DNA of 64,000 bases from Eledone cirrhosa (Eukaryota), in contig OZ024745.1 in the NCBI GenBank assembly GCA_964016885.1, positions 117,242,001 to 117,306,000 of the forward strand, written 5' to 3'. Both the position numbers and the translations under genes were made by a program. The notes below the pieces were generated by a model. It saw only the letters and a program-made list of their open reading frames with translations, made no database searches and was not told the origin of the DNA. Positions 1-12,749 of this stretch are shown here, in pieces. How positions within the stretch are numbered: the stretch's first letter is position 1; each line of letters begins with the position of its first letter.

Positions 1-190
1 TCTCGTCTATAGTGTTAATCCAGAGTTCCGTGTCTAATACAGGTAGTCTATTGTTAGGGTGTTTGGAAGGGTAGTCGATAGTTACAGTTATACTCTGGTG
101 TATGGATCTTAACCATCTACTATGTCAGGGTATGTCATGCATCATCTTATTTTATCTGATCAGGACGTACTGTTGAAGTTAGCTCAGTAC
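1..190 (-). mobile_element. Penelope-like element reverse transcriptase fragment (decayed)
   Basis: Minus-strand translation SITVTIDYPSKHPNNRLPVLDTELWINTIDE resembles the PLE RT C-terminal motif (DxPSxHxxxxLPxLD..W); stops upstream. Confidence 0.6.
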
Positions 191-338
191 CTCTGAAATA
201 TGTATAATAAAATATACTTGATCACAATGAAGTTCTATTTTTGTTAATATTTTGAATGAATAGTATATATATATATATACATTTTAGATCTGTGTCTAAC
301 ACAAATAAAACAGAGGAATGGAAAAAGTAAGAGCATAC

Positions 339-482
339 TTAAGAGCCAGTGGGAGTAATAAGCCAGCTTCTAAGTTGAGTTTTAAGTGAACGTTATCCAA
401 TGTGCGAGTGCGGAATAGTTCAGATGGAACTTCAGATGCCAATGTGCTGTCAAAAGATTCTTTCCTTGACCCATTTTGATTG
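339..482 (-). CDS. SUFU: SUFU coding exon 9
   Basis: tttcag|C, NQNGSRKESFDSTLASEVPSELFRTRTLDNVHLKLNLEAGLLLPLAL (human SRKDSLES...ELIRTRQLESVHLKFNQESGALIPLCL), donor AA|GTATGC; 144 nt; gene continues beyond the window start. Confidence 0.93.
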
Positions 483-609
483 CTGAAAATAAAACAGTTT
501 TCTTATATGTCATTTAAAATTACAGAACATCAATTATATATAAATATATATATATATTCAGATCTAGCTCTTAAAACGACTGGAGCTCAGCTGTTGGGGT
601 CCTGATACT

Positions 610-666
<57 letters not shown>

Positions 667-685
667 TATATATATATATATACAC

Positions 686-750
<65 letters not shown>

Positions 751-754
751 TATG

Positions 755-1459
<705 letters not shown>

Positions 1460-1683
1460 ATATATATATATATATGTAAACAACTTTACTGGTAAGGTGT
1501 ATATTCATACAAAATTATTTAGAGACGTAATAAAGTTGTTTATAGGTTTTATTAATTCAGATGAATCCAATTATTGGATTATATAATTAATTAACTAATA
1601 ATTGATTGTATACCTTCTAAGATGGAAGAAATGTACGTTAATTAAAATATGATATAATTAACAGTATTTGGTCTTATTTTCAA

Positions 1684-1722
<39 letters not shown>

Positions 1723-1782
1723 TCATTATCGATTAACGTCTATCTTCCACGCTAGCATGGGTTATATATATATTATATATAT

Positions 1783-2488
1783 CATCATCATCATCATCAT
1801 CGTTTAACGTCCATCTTCCACGCTTGCATGGGTTTGGACGGGAGTTTTCCCGCTTGAGGCAAGAGTGGTTGTCTTGCTCGCATAGGACTGTCTGGCGGGT
1901 TTTCTACGGCTGGATGCCCTTCCTAACACCAACCACGTTTACAGTGTGGACTGGGAGGTTTTTACCGTGTTGCCTACACGGCCACATTACAGCGTGGACT
2001 GTGTGTTTTTTTGTCGTGACACCTACACGACCTCATTTGTTTCGGACTGGATGTTGTGGTACCAACATAACTTTACATTGAAAGGGGTGGTGTGGATGGG
2101 GTGGGGGTAGTGGGACGGGAGTGCTTTTTGTTAGAGGTGCCTTCTGACTGTAGTAGGTTTCACTTTCTACTTAGGTAAGGCGGGTCTTCTGTATTACTGT
2201 GTAGCGCCAAAGATCTTGGTCCAGTGACATTGTCTTGGAGAGGTGTAAGTGTGTGAGGTCGGAATTTATCAAGTCGTCCCAGGTTTTTCTGGGTCTGCCT
2301 ACTCCGTGGCTACCGTCTATTTTTATTGCCCTGCACTTTTTTATACAGCTGTCGTCTTTCATGCGCATCACGTGACCATACTAACGTAGCCTTCTCTCGA
2401 GTAAACAACATCTGATCCCTCTTATTTCTAATTTTTCCCTTAGTTCGTTTATGCTTTGCCGTTCACGTATATTACTATTACACATCCC
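1783..2488 (-). mobile_element. RTE-clade LINE 3' end, inverted copy of 755-1338
   Basis: [35 protein letters not shown]; same 3' UTR and (GAT)n tail on the minus strand. Confidence 0.85.
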
Positions 2489-2728
2489 CATGATGATGAT
2501 GATGATGATGGGCCCTGATCAACAAGTCCTATAATCAAAAGCTTGTGTGTATGTATGTGCATGTGTGTGTGTGAGTGTGATTCATACCAAGCCATTATGC
2601 TTTATTACATTAAGTCAATGGCTGGAATAGCAGAGCAGTGAATTATATTTTCTCCAGTATATAATTCCATAACTCTATTTATTTCTAGTTTTGAAGAAGG
2701 CAATAAAAATTTAAATCCAATGATAGAG

Positions 2729-3312
2729 AAGCAGGGAGGTCAACTGAAACAATTATATGCTACCTCAACAAACCCTGCTGTGCTCCGCCAAGCAGGGAGG
2801 TCAACTGAAACAATTATATGCTACCTCAACAAACCCTGCTGTGCTGTGCCAAGCAGGGAGGTCAACTGAAACAATTATATGCTACCTCAACAAACCCTGC
2901 TGTGCTGCGCCAAGCAGGGAGGCCAACTGAAACAATTATATGCTACCTCAACAAACCCTGCTGTGCTGCGCCAAGCAGGGAGGCCAACTGAAACAATTAT
3001 ATGCTACCTCAACAAACCCTGCTGTGCTGTGCCAAGCAGGGAGGTCAACTGAAACAATTATATGCTACCTCAACAAACCCTGCTGTGCTGCGCCAAGCAG
3101 GGAGGCCAACTGAAACAATTATATGCTACCTCAACAAACCCTGCTGTGCTGCGCCAAGCAGGGAGGCCAACTGAAACAATTATATGCTACCTCAACAAAC
3201 CCTGCTGTGCTGTGCCAAGCAGGGAGGTCAACTGAAACAATTATATGCTACCTCAACAAACCCTGCTGTGCTGCGCCAAGCAGGGAGGCCAACTGAAACA
3301 ATTATATGCTAC
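2729..3312. repeat. 61-bp minisatellite, ~9.6 copies
   Basis: Unit aagcagggaggtcaactgaaacaattatatgctacctcaacaaaccctgctgtgctgcgcc; near-identical copies with period 61. Confidence 0.97.
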
Positions 3313-4039
3313 AAACCCGTGTTGTGCCAATGTAAGAAATCATTATTTATCATTATCATTGTCATTTGAACATCCACTTTCCCTGCTAGCATTTTGTTGG
3401 ACTTATAAACCTAGTCAGGTCAGGTGTCTGTGTCTCACTTTATGTACAGTTGATGGTCCACCGAGTGCAGAGGAGAGGTTGTCATGTCTTTGACACAAAT
3501 GAGGGTCCTCTCGACCCTTTGGCATGGCAAGATTTCTACAGCTGGATGTCCTTCCTATCACCAACCACTTTACAGCGTGCACTGGGTGTGTTTATCGATT
3601 AGGTCACCAAACACTAGGGAGGCTGTCCTTGACATGGCTGAGAGTCCCTCCTGACCTTTTATTGTAGTCATATTTTTTGTCATTGTAAAGTATATTATGT
3701 TTCATAACTACCTATATTTCAATATATGTATTGTTGTACTTGCAAATAATACAATATAAATGTACTGAAATCAAAAGCAATTGACAATAGGGTGCTTGAT
3801 AATAAAAGAGTTATGTGTTGACTGAAGTTGGAAGATAGCTGACAAAGGAAGCATGGAAAGACTTAAAATTTGTGCAGTCAGATCTGAAGATTTCTGGGTC
3901 TTCCAGATGGACAAAGGACTGCACTAGGTGGTGGTATGGCATATGGTAGGCCTATCTTACCTACCACAGAATGGGGAAAATGGACTATAAAACAAAATTT
4001 AAAAAAATGATGATCCGACTAAATAATAAAAACTAAGGA

Positions 4040-4414
4040 ACTAAAATCAACACCTCTGAGCACCTTTTTGAATTCCATGTGTCTAACACCCGTGGACATG
4101 CTTTCAAAGTCAGAAAATAGCATAGCTCCCATGACTTTTGGAAATATCTTTTCACGCTCAGAGTTGCTGAAGCCTGGAGCAAACTACCTGCATCAGTTGT
4201 TAGCTGTCGGAAAACTGCATCCTTCAAAACCTCCATACTTCCTGAAATTCGCCAACACTACATCTGATATTAAACCCCTCCATACACATGCAGGCATGTA
4301 TCTGTGTGTATATCATGACTCATACACTGTTCACTTTCCTGACATTTGTACATTATTCTATGTACTATACATGCACCTGAGCACTGTACACAATAATTTT
4401 CATTATTATTATTA
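4040..4414 (+). mobile_element. CR1/L2-type LINE 3' end
   Basis: FTLRVAEAWSKLPASVVSCRKTASFK matches the CR1/L2 ORF2 C-terminal pattern (FS.RV...WN.LP..VV....FK); (TTA)n tail; second copy at 30903-31187. Confidence 0.75.
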
Positions 4415-4479
4415 ACCCCCTGCCCACCAAAAAACGATTGTCATATAATGAAAAGTAATTAAAAAACCAGAATATTTAC

Positions 4480-4582
4480 TGTAAAACACCCTCAATATTT
4501 TCATTTTGTTCTGATAATAACGAGGAGTTGACGAGGGAATTATGCAACCCTTTCTGCAATACAGCTCGAATTTGTTCTGATT
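4480..4582 (-). CDS. SUFU: SUFU coding exon 8
   Basis: tttcag|AA, ESEQIRAVLQKGLHNSLVNSSLLSEQNENIEGVL (human DTEQIRETLRRGL), donor CA|GTAAAT; 103 nt keeps frame with exons 7 and 9. Confidence 0.87.
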
Positions 4583-4639
4583 CTGAAATGACAAAAGAAA
4601 AGTTTTGAATAATTGTTTTGATTATAAAATTCATTAATT

Positions 4640-4730
4640 TAGAGAGAGGAGAGAAAGAGGGAGAGATGAGAGTAAGAGAGAGAGAGAGATGAGAGAAAGA
4701 GAGAGTGATGAGAGATAGTGGGAGAGAGAG

Positions 4731-4823
<93 letters not shown>
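4640..4823. repeat. (GA)n plus long (TG)n microsatellite
   Basis: Read directly; lies just upstream of the SUFU exon 8 acceptor in transcript orientation. Confidence 0.95.
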
Positions 4824-4825
<2 letters not shown>

Positions 4826-5261
4826 CTAAATCATTTCTTTTGTCCCAAAAAAGTGTATTGCTACTGAAAGATGATAATACTAATTGAATTTTAGTGTAAT
4901 TAGTTTAGAATTAGTTAATACATGATGATGTAATAATTAATTATTTTAGAATTGTATAACTGAACCCTAGTATATTGCAGATATCTATTTTGTTTTGTCA
5001 GTTACCTCAACAGAATTTCAAACCAAAAGTGTAAAGGGTGAAAGTAAATACTGCAAGGTATTTAGTTTCAAGTGTATACATCTGTGTGTGTGAATGTGAG
5101 TGTGTGAGAGAATGAGTGTGTGAGAGTGTGTGTGTGTCAGTGTGTGTGTGTGTGTGAGAGTGTGTGTGTGTGTGAGAGTGTGAGTGTGTGAGAGAGTATG
5201 TGAGTATGAGTGTGTGTGAGAGAGTGAGTATGTGTGTGTGTGCATGTGTGTATGCATGTAA

Positions 5262-5450
5262 TATTGTTTTCTGATTGAGGCACAAGGCCAGCAATTTTGG
5301 GGGAGGGGAAAGTCAATTAAATCGATCCCAGTGCGTTACTGGTACTTTATTTTATCGAAGGCAAAGTTGGTGGGATTTAAACTGAGTATGTAAAGGGATG
5401 TAACTATATGCAGCAAAGCATGTGCCCTACATTCTACTACTACTGCCAAT
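5262..5450 (-). mobile_element. Diverged tRNA-derived SINE (family A)
   Basis: gcacaaggccagcaatt...ggtactttattttatcga...ggatttaaactgag matches the reverse complement of the 9820 SINE. Confidence 0.7.
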
Positions 5451-5589
5451 CTAGCATCCAATATGAAATATTACAACTACATCTATGTTAGGTGTATCTA
5501 GGGAAGGAAGGAATGTTGAGCTCCCAGTCAATACAACAGAGAGGAGTACGGAGCTACAGGGACTAGATGTGAGGGTAGGGGAGAGGGAG

Positions 5590-5790
5590 AGAGAGGGGGA
5601 GAGACAGACATATAGGGTAGGAGAGAGGGGGAGAGTGAGAGAGACAGACATATAGAGTGAGAGAGGGTGAGAGAGACAGACATATAGGGTGGGAGAGAGT
5701 GAGAGAGACAGACATATAGGGTGGGAGAGAGTGAGAGAGACAGACATATAGGATGGGAGAGAGTGAGAGAGACAGACATATAGGGTGAAA
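5590..5790. repeat. ~30-bp GA-rich tandem repeat
   Basis: Repeated gagagacagacatatagggtgggagagagt immediately after the exon 7 donor. Confidence 0.85.
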
Positions 5791-5812
5791 GACAGAGGAA
5801 TTAATGATATAC

Positions 5813-5990
5813 CTATATCTGATATGTGGGGTCTTTCAAGACTACAGCGCCTCTCTTCTTCAATAAAACGGTTCTCTTTATTGTCTTCATTGCCATGAGA
5901 ACTGTTGGAAATCATTTCATCCCAGAAACATCTGCTGCTGACACCACTAAGGTTAGAACCTTCTTGCTCAATACCACTGTCAACTCTTTC
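5813..5990 (-). CDS. SUFU: SUFU coding exon 7
   Basis: tttcag|, ERVDSGIEQEGSNLSGVSSRCFWDEMISNSS...EERRCSLERPHISDI, donor G|GTATAT; 178 nt, phase 1. Confidence 0.92.
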
Positions 5991-6247
5991 CTGAAATCAA
6001 AGTCAAACAAAATCCTTGATAATGGCAACATTTACCATGAATCCCAAAATTAGAATTCAAGTATTTTGCATGATACTAGCAGAATGTGTCTCCTGGGTAC
6101 ATTTTCAAATTAGTTGCAACAGAATATAACAGATAAAACATAGAAAAAGGTTATACCATAACAACAGTCAATCTTAATGTTGACATCTTATATGAGATGT
6201 GTGTGTTGTGTATGGTATGTGTACATATATATTATGTGTGTGTAAAG

Positions 6248-6570
6248 GTATATGGTTTAGTGGTTAGAGCATTGGGCTTCCAATCTGGAGATGTGTCGGA
6301 CCGGGTAATGTGTTGTGTCCTTGAGCAAGACACTTTATTTCACGTTGCTCCAGTTTACTCAGTTGTAGAAATGAGTTGCGACATCACTGGTACCAAGCTG
6401 TATCAGCCATTGCCTTTCCTTGGACAACATTGGTGGCATGGAGAGGGGTGACTGGTATACATGGGTAACTGCTGGTCTTCCACAAAACAACCTTGCCCGG
6501 ACTTGTGCTTCAGAAGGGAACTTTCTAGGTGCAAAGTCCATGGTCATTCGTGACCGAAGGGGTCTTTGCT
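6248..6570 (+). mobile_element. tRNA-derived SINE with CORE-like domain (family B)
   Basis: A-box tggtttagtggttagagc; CORE-like tgtgtccttgagcaagacactttatttc; partial copies at ~15735-15860 and ~38245-38465. Confidence 0.75.
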
Positions 6571-7658
6571 ATCTCTCTTTATATATATATAGGGAGAGAG
6601 GGGGAGAGAGAGAGAAATAGTGAAGAGAAGGGATGATGCTCATGACTTTAAAGAAAAGCCATTAGAAACATAAGTTAAATGAAATGATTGCATTTAAAAA
6701 TTGAAACTTAAAAGAATTAATTTCCAACAGCTGAAATGAAAAAATAAAACAGTATTGTCTGTGATTATGATAACCATAAACAGATTAACTCTTGCAACCC
6801 ATGCTTATGTCAATGATCCTATTTAAATTTCTGACTCTTTTCTACCAGTAGAATGTTCATTTTTATATCTATTTTTCTATGCTGGCATGGGTTGAATGGG
6901 ATTTTTGAAGCAATGTTTTACAGCTGGATACCCTTCCTGACACCAACTCTTTTAGTCTCTTCTTATAAAATGCAGTGATACGTTGTACCTATTATGAACC
7001 AGATACATATGTTTAAAAAATAAAATTGTTAGTTTTCAATTAGTTCTCGAATGCTTCACTGTATTGAAACTCAGTCCCAGGATGATAACTTCAAACATAA
7101 GTGTAAGCTGTACTCAGTTACTATGGCTTCATTTTTTATCATTACATTATCTTTTCACAATTTTACAATCTATTCCAACTATAAAAAAATTATGCTACAC
7201 ATAACCAAATAGTCTATTAACTCATTATGTCCAGTTCTACATGAAACTGTATTATCAAGACATTCTTGGAAAGAACAAAACGGGTTTATGACTATCTATC
7301 AAATTCAAAGCCTTTACTTTCATTTGCAGCAAATTTTCACAATGATCTGTCCATGCTTAAATTAACAAACCTTTTTCTTGACATTTTCTGCTAAATCTTT
7401 ACAGGATGATAAGAGTTAGATATGTACTACAATCTTTTAAGTTTTGCCATTCAACCATTACTGAACTCCAGTTTTCCTGTTCCCAAATAAAAGACCAATA
7501 GTTTCATAACACCTTATGCCAACATAAGATTTACAAGCTCTCCTCCATTCTAGGTTGCTAACCCGAATATTTTAATATGCATTATAGAAAATATAAAACA
7601 TTAAATTAGACAAGTCTTAATAGATGATTAAAAAGGGCCTTCATGTAATCAAGCTTAC

Positions 7659-7731
7659 TTGTAATGAGGGATCCAACTCAAAAATACTTTCTCCTCTTCT
7701 CATATCTGTTATTAACCAAGCTCCTCCAGCA
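7659..7731 (-). CDS. SUFU: SUFU coding exon 6
   Basis: tgtcag|T, AGGAWLITDMRRGESIFELDPSLQ, donor CAA|GTAAGC; 73 nt. Confidence 0.97.
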
Positions 7732-8498
7732 CTGACAAGAAAGAAATACATCATAACAAAAGTTAGTCATAGACTTATTATAAAGTTGGAAGTTGTGGCT
7801 CAATAGGTAAGTAAAATAACATTAACCAATTCTAAAATAGATTATTGCACTTAAGTCACCAGGTGACTACATAGACCAATTATGCAACTATCCTTCCAAC
7901 ATAATTACAGAAATAAAACATAACTGCTGTATAAATTAAGACAGTTGCAGCCTTGCTCTTCATCAGAGAAAAATCTACACAAGACATAATTTATTATTTC
8001 CCTTTATTATATAATTAATTTAAATTACACACCTATTTGTGCTAAATTTACTCACTATAACATCTGTTCATACCAGATATCATTTAGGCAATACCAGGTA
8101 TATCTATATATTATTAAAAGTCTGTGATTGCTTGCTTTCTTGCTTCTCTGTAATGTAATACAGCCAAAAGGGCGCATAATGGGAAAATACATTGAAAGGA
8201 AGTTGCCCCTGAAATGGGGATACAAATGGAATAAAACAAGTTTCGTATAAATCAGACCACAGGTTCCCAAGATATGGGGTTTTTCCGGGTACCTTCATAA
8301 ACAGAGAGAGAGATAGAGAGGAAGAGATAGTGGTTATGAGAGAGTAGATTGAAAGAGAGACATAGAGAGAGAGGAGACAGAGAAGGAGAATGGAAAAGAG
8401 CTGGTTGTGTTGTTGCGTGTGAATGTGTGTGTGTCTATGACCAGTGTATATAGATCACAGACACCCACATACATATATGTATACACACATACACACAC

Positions 8499-8563
<65 letters not shown>

Positions 8564-8814
8564 CATACACACACGTATATATATGGACCTTCCAGTTTCA
8601 TTTCACGTTATATACATGTCTGCGTATATTTTAATTATTTAAAAAATATTTTTAAGTGAACATGATTTTTTTTTTATATTTTGATGTGAACGTGACCCGG
8701 TCATGGGTGGTGTAGTAAAATATAAAGAGTAAGGATTGCTGATAGGTTTCTGGGTCGAAATTTTTGAATTTACTGTTTAAAATTATTAAAGTTGGAATAA
8801 TTAAGTTAGTATGT

Positions 8815-9165
8815 GTGTATGTATGGTCCAATAGCTCCTGGGGGAGTCGTAGGTGCGCTGTATTGACATATGGCGTTTCTAGGGCACTCTAAGCCTGGCG
8901 GAGTCCATCTCCTCTCCAGGTCTGAATACAGCAGGTTTCTTCCAGAGAAGGATAGAGGCTGAGAGAATGAAAGTGAGGAAGAGATATAGAGGAAGAATCG
9001 ACCCCAGTACTAAACTAGTACCTTTTTTTTTTATTGACCTCGAATGGATGAAAGGCAAACTTAACCTCGGCAGGATTTGAACTCAGGGAGCAGAGAGCCA
9101 GAACAAATACTGCAAAGACTTCTATCCGGCTTTCTAACGACTCTGTCAAATCGCCGCCTAATTAA
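8815..9165 (-). mobile_element. SINE with family-A central domain and a different 3' tail (family C)
   Basis: Shares ggatgaaaggcaaa...ggatttgaactc with family A plus a distinct tail (ctctccaggtctgaatacagcag...gtatgtatgg); second copy at 12750-13065. Confidence 0.7.
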
Positions 9166-9819
9166 GTTAGTATTACTATTTAATATAGCCAACATCGAAT
9201 ACTAATAATGTTTTAACCATTTCAGCAGTTATGGGAGACAACTCTGGTTGGTATTGTTATATCCTAATCCCAAATACTAGCTGAAAACCTAAGAGAATCC
9301 CTAGTTCGATATAGAATTGTTTAGAAAATAAATTAATCAGAATGGTATCAATTAGTTTAGACATCATTAGGTATGGTTATACTTACATCTGTATAATGAG
9401 AAAAGTTCAGCATAGAACGTGTAGTTAAGAATGTGTATATCTTGTGTGTTTGCATGCATGTGTATGCATGCATGCATGTCTGTGTATGCATACATTTTTT
9501 TTTGTTTTGTATCTTTACTTTGAAGTCACAGTCATTGTGACAAAAACTATTACATTCCTATATCCACTTGACCTATAATCTATTCTTATTATAACTGCAG
9601 TTAATTATATATTCAGCACAATTAAATATTTTAGTCTTACAGTGAAGGAATTAAGAGTCGGGTAAAAAGACAGAAAAACAAACAGGTGACTACAGGTTTA
9701 CAATTTCGTTGTTTTATCAGAACACTTATCAAATCAGATATAATTGAAACCTCATATTTTATAATGCACATGTAGAAATCTTATAGGATTATATTATTCT
9801 AAGGATTATATTATTCTAA

Positions 9820-10010
9820 GGGGCGGTGGATTGGCAGTATCAGTAGAGGGTCGGACGCCATGCTTTCCAGCATAGTTACGTCCCTTTACGATCTGAGTTC
9901 AAATCCCGCCGAGGTTGACTTTGCCTTTCATCCTTACGGCGTCGATAAAATAAAGTGCCAGTAATGCACTGGGTAATTGCTGGCCTTGTGCCTAAAGTAG
10001 AAACAATTAT
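9820..10010 (+). mobile_element. Full-length young tRNA-derived SINE (family A)
   Basis: A-box tggcagtatcagtagag; B-box gagttcaaatccc; central gcctttcatccttacggcgtcgataaaataaag; flanked by target-site duplication (TSD) attattctaag(g). Confidence 0.9.
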
Positions 10011-10581
10011 TCTAAGGAATGGCAGTAGATAGTGGTTTGTCACTTTATATCTACTGCAGTCATTTTGCTGCCTCAGTTCATTAATAGGTATAAGAACCTA
10101 TGGGGAAAGTTGCTTGTGATATACTGGTATCCTATCCAAGGTACAGCTTTGTCTCTCATCCTAAATTAGCAGAAATTAGAAATACGTAACAATCCAATGT
10201 GCTAACAGAGGTGTAGAGCTTGATTGTAAACATCCAAAGAAAGTTATGGATAACACCTCCTAAGTTATTTTTTAAACCCTCCCAAATTTGTTTTAATCCA
10301 TAATTATAAGCACATCTTCATCTAACATCTAACTCAAACCACCACCAGCAGTCACTATTCTGGTTAGCTGTTCATACCAGCAGTCTTCTCTTGCTTGCAT
10401 TTGTCTAGAGCTCTTGAGAGAAGCGTGCACATTGGAGGTGGTAAAAGAAGAAGAGACGACACCAATGATATCTTTTATGGCAATGAATTTCAACAATGAT
10501 TTAAAAAAAGTAGACATTATAAATTCAGGAGTTAAAGTTTAGGGTTTTAGTGTAATTAGAATGCTAAGCTTGTAAACTCAC

Positions 10582-10667
10582 ACTGCAACAGAACGTAGCA
10601 GTTCGATGACTCCAGGACCATTCCAATGCTGGGCAGCTTTTAATTCTTCACTACATACTCCTACAAT
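10582..10667 (-). CDS. SUFU: SUFU coding exon 5
   Basis: tttcag|, IVGVCSEELKAAQHWNGPGVIELLRSVA, donor GT|GTGAGT; 86 nt. Confidence 0.96.
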
Positions 10668-10769
10668 CTGAAAAATTAAGAGAAACAAAACAAAAAATAA
10701 AATTTTAATATTGATTCGCTATATTGACAGATGGTTACAAATTTTCAGAAGTGTATATAATCAAGTTAA

Positions 10770-10912
10770 CCTCACAATCCACCCATCCAACCCACCCAGC
10801 CAACCTCACAATCCACCCAGCCAACCTCACAATCCACCCAGCCAACCTCACAATCCACCCAGCCAACCCCACAATCCACCCATCCAACCTCCCAATCCAC
10901 CCAACCAACCTC
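10770..10912. repeat. 21-bp tandem repeat, ~6.5 copies
   Basis: cacaatccacccagccaacct repeated, ~100 nt upstream of the exon 5 acceptor. Confidence 0.9.
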
Positions 10913-11184
10913 CAAGACATAACTAGTATTTATTTCATCAACTTCATACAGTGATAGGAGAGTAAAATTCACAAACCTAGCGGGATTTCAACTGAGACTG
11001 TTAAAAAGAATGCAAAACTAAATATTCAAAAACATATTAGTTTGGTGCAGTACTTGTTCCTGTCATCCCCTCAATATGACAGAAACATATTAACATGAAG
11101 AATGTTTCAATTCCAAGCTAAGTGAATACAGAAAGAACAACTCCAATCTCTGTTCAAATGCTGATCACAATATTATGGTACCTT

Positions 11185-11750
11185 TTCTTCTTCTTCCTCA
11201 AGTACTCCTTCTAGTGTTTCCTGTCAGAAGTACTGTCTCCAACTGAATCCCCAAGTGAAACTAGCCAATCTCATGGATGTTATCCAATCATCTTGCTCAA
11301 GGTCTACTCCTGGATCTCCCGCCAGTTGGTTTTGCCCGTAAAATCTTTCCAGCAACTCTTTCCTGAGACAGTTTAACTACATGCCCATAGTATCGGAGCT
11401 GTGATCTCTCAATTCAGAGAAGTAGTGGCTCTATCTGGAGTGACTATCTGATCTCCAAGCTACGCACTCTAAGGAGTAATGTTACTCCAAAGACACTTCG
11501 GAAAAACACCATTTCAGTCGCTTGTATTCTATTGGTCATTACCCAAGATTTATTATGACAAGTAAGGGTTGGCACAAATACTAAATTGAAGATAGCCAGT
11601 TTGGCTTTTACATCTAACTCACTTCTTCTGATGACTGAATACTGAAGCTGGGTCATTACTGCACCAGCTCCTGCAATTCCTGTACTTAATTCAGCCTCCT
11701 GCCTTCCATCGCTCATGAACATGGCCTCGAGATACTTGAACTTTTCCACA
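11185..11750 (-). mobile_element. Rex3/Expander-like RTE LINE 3' fragment
   Basis: VEKFKYLEAMFMSDGRQEAELS...ELDVKAKLAIFNLVFVPTLT...SWVMTNRIQATEM; (GAA)n tail. Confidence 0.85.
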
Positions 11751-11795
11751 TAGATAGAACCATGTGATTTATAGTCCAAACACTATTATCATAAT

Positions 11796-11982
11796 TGTTT
11801 CTACTTTAGGCACAAGGCCAGCAATTACCCAGTGCATTACTGGTACTTTATTTTATCGACCCCGTAAGGATGAAAGGCAAAGTCAACCTCGGCGGGATTT
11901 GAACTCAGATCGTAAAGGGACGTAACTATGCTGGAAAGCATGGCGTCCGACCCTCTACTGATACTGCCAATCCACCACCCTT
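11796..11982 (-). mobile_element. Full-length young SINE (family A), inverted relative to the 9820 copy
   Basis: Only ~3 differences from 9820-10010; 18-bp TSD aaacactattatcataat at 11778-11795 and 11985-12002. Confidence 0.92.
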
Positions 11983-12749
11983 ATAAACACTATTATCATA
12001 ATAGTAAATAGGCAGAATCATTACAGCATTGAACAAATACCAAGCAGTATCTATTCTGGCTCTTTGTATTCTGAGTTCAAATATTGGCATGGTCAACATT
12101 GTCCAGTTAATTAACCAAACCCTCATCCCCAAATTCCCCAGTTTCTGCCTCAGTGAGAAATTATTATTATAATGATTTCTAACACAAATATAGGACCACA
12201 TGTTTTAAAAGATGGACCAGTAGATTTAATGGACCCTCAATACTTCAATGGAAATTTATTTTTATCAACCCCTAAAGAATAAATAGCAAAGTCAATCTCA
12301 GCAAGATTTGATTTTAGAACACAAAGCATTTTATCTGATGTTCTACCAATTCTGCCATTAAGAAAAAATGAAGCTAAACTGAAGCCACAAAAAAAAAAAA
12401 AATACATTAATGATAACCATAAATGGTTTAGTAAATGGACCCAGTACATGCTGTAAAGTGGCTGGTGATAGGAAAGGAATCCAGCTGAGGCAGTGGGGAG
12501 ACCCACAGTTGTGTCAAAGGCATGACAACCTCTACTGAACATTCAATGGAATGTGGGACTGTACATAAGTGAGACACAGATCTCTAGCCTACCTGGGAAA
12601 TCAGTAGTGACTTGGTCTATATGGACTCATCCAACTCTTACTAGCAGGGAAAGCGGGTGTTAAAACAACGATGATGATGAATAGATTAGAATATATAAAA
12701 TGTATCAATAAATGACTGGTGAGAAGCAAGAGAGGAGTGAATTAGATTG

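Noticed and set aside
2729-3312. CRISPR-like regular array (likewise 14717-15010 and 49813-51802)
   Set aside because: Units are contiguous with no unique spacers, there are no cas genes, and the context is eukaryotic
5451-5812. Extension of SUFU exon 7 through the 154-aa ORF
   Set aside because: Beyond the GT donor at 5812 the ORF runs through a GA-rich tandem repeat; phase continuity with exon 8 supports the donor
7935-7972. Hammerhead-like CUGAUGA-A-GAGC-aag-GCU on the minus strand
   Set aside because: The GAAA core is lost (GCAAC) and stem I is absent; at most a dead relic
9820-9915. tRNA gene (A/B boxes)
   Set aside because: It is the head of a multi-copy SINE with body, tail and TSD, not a cloverleaf
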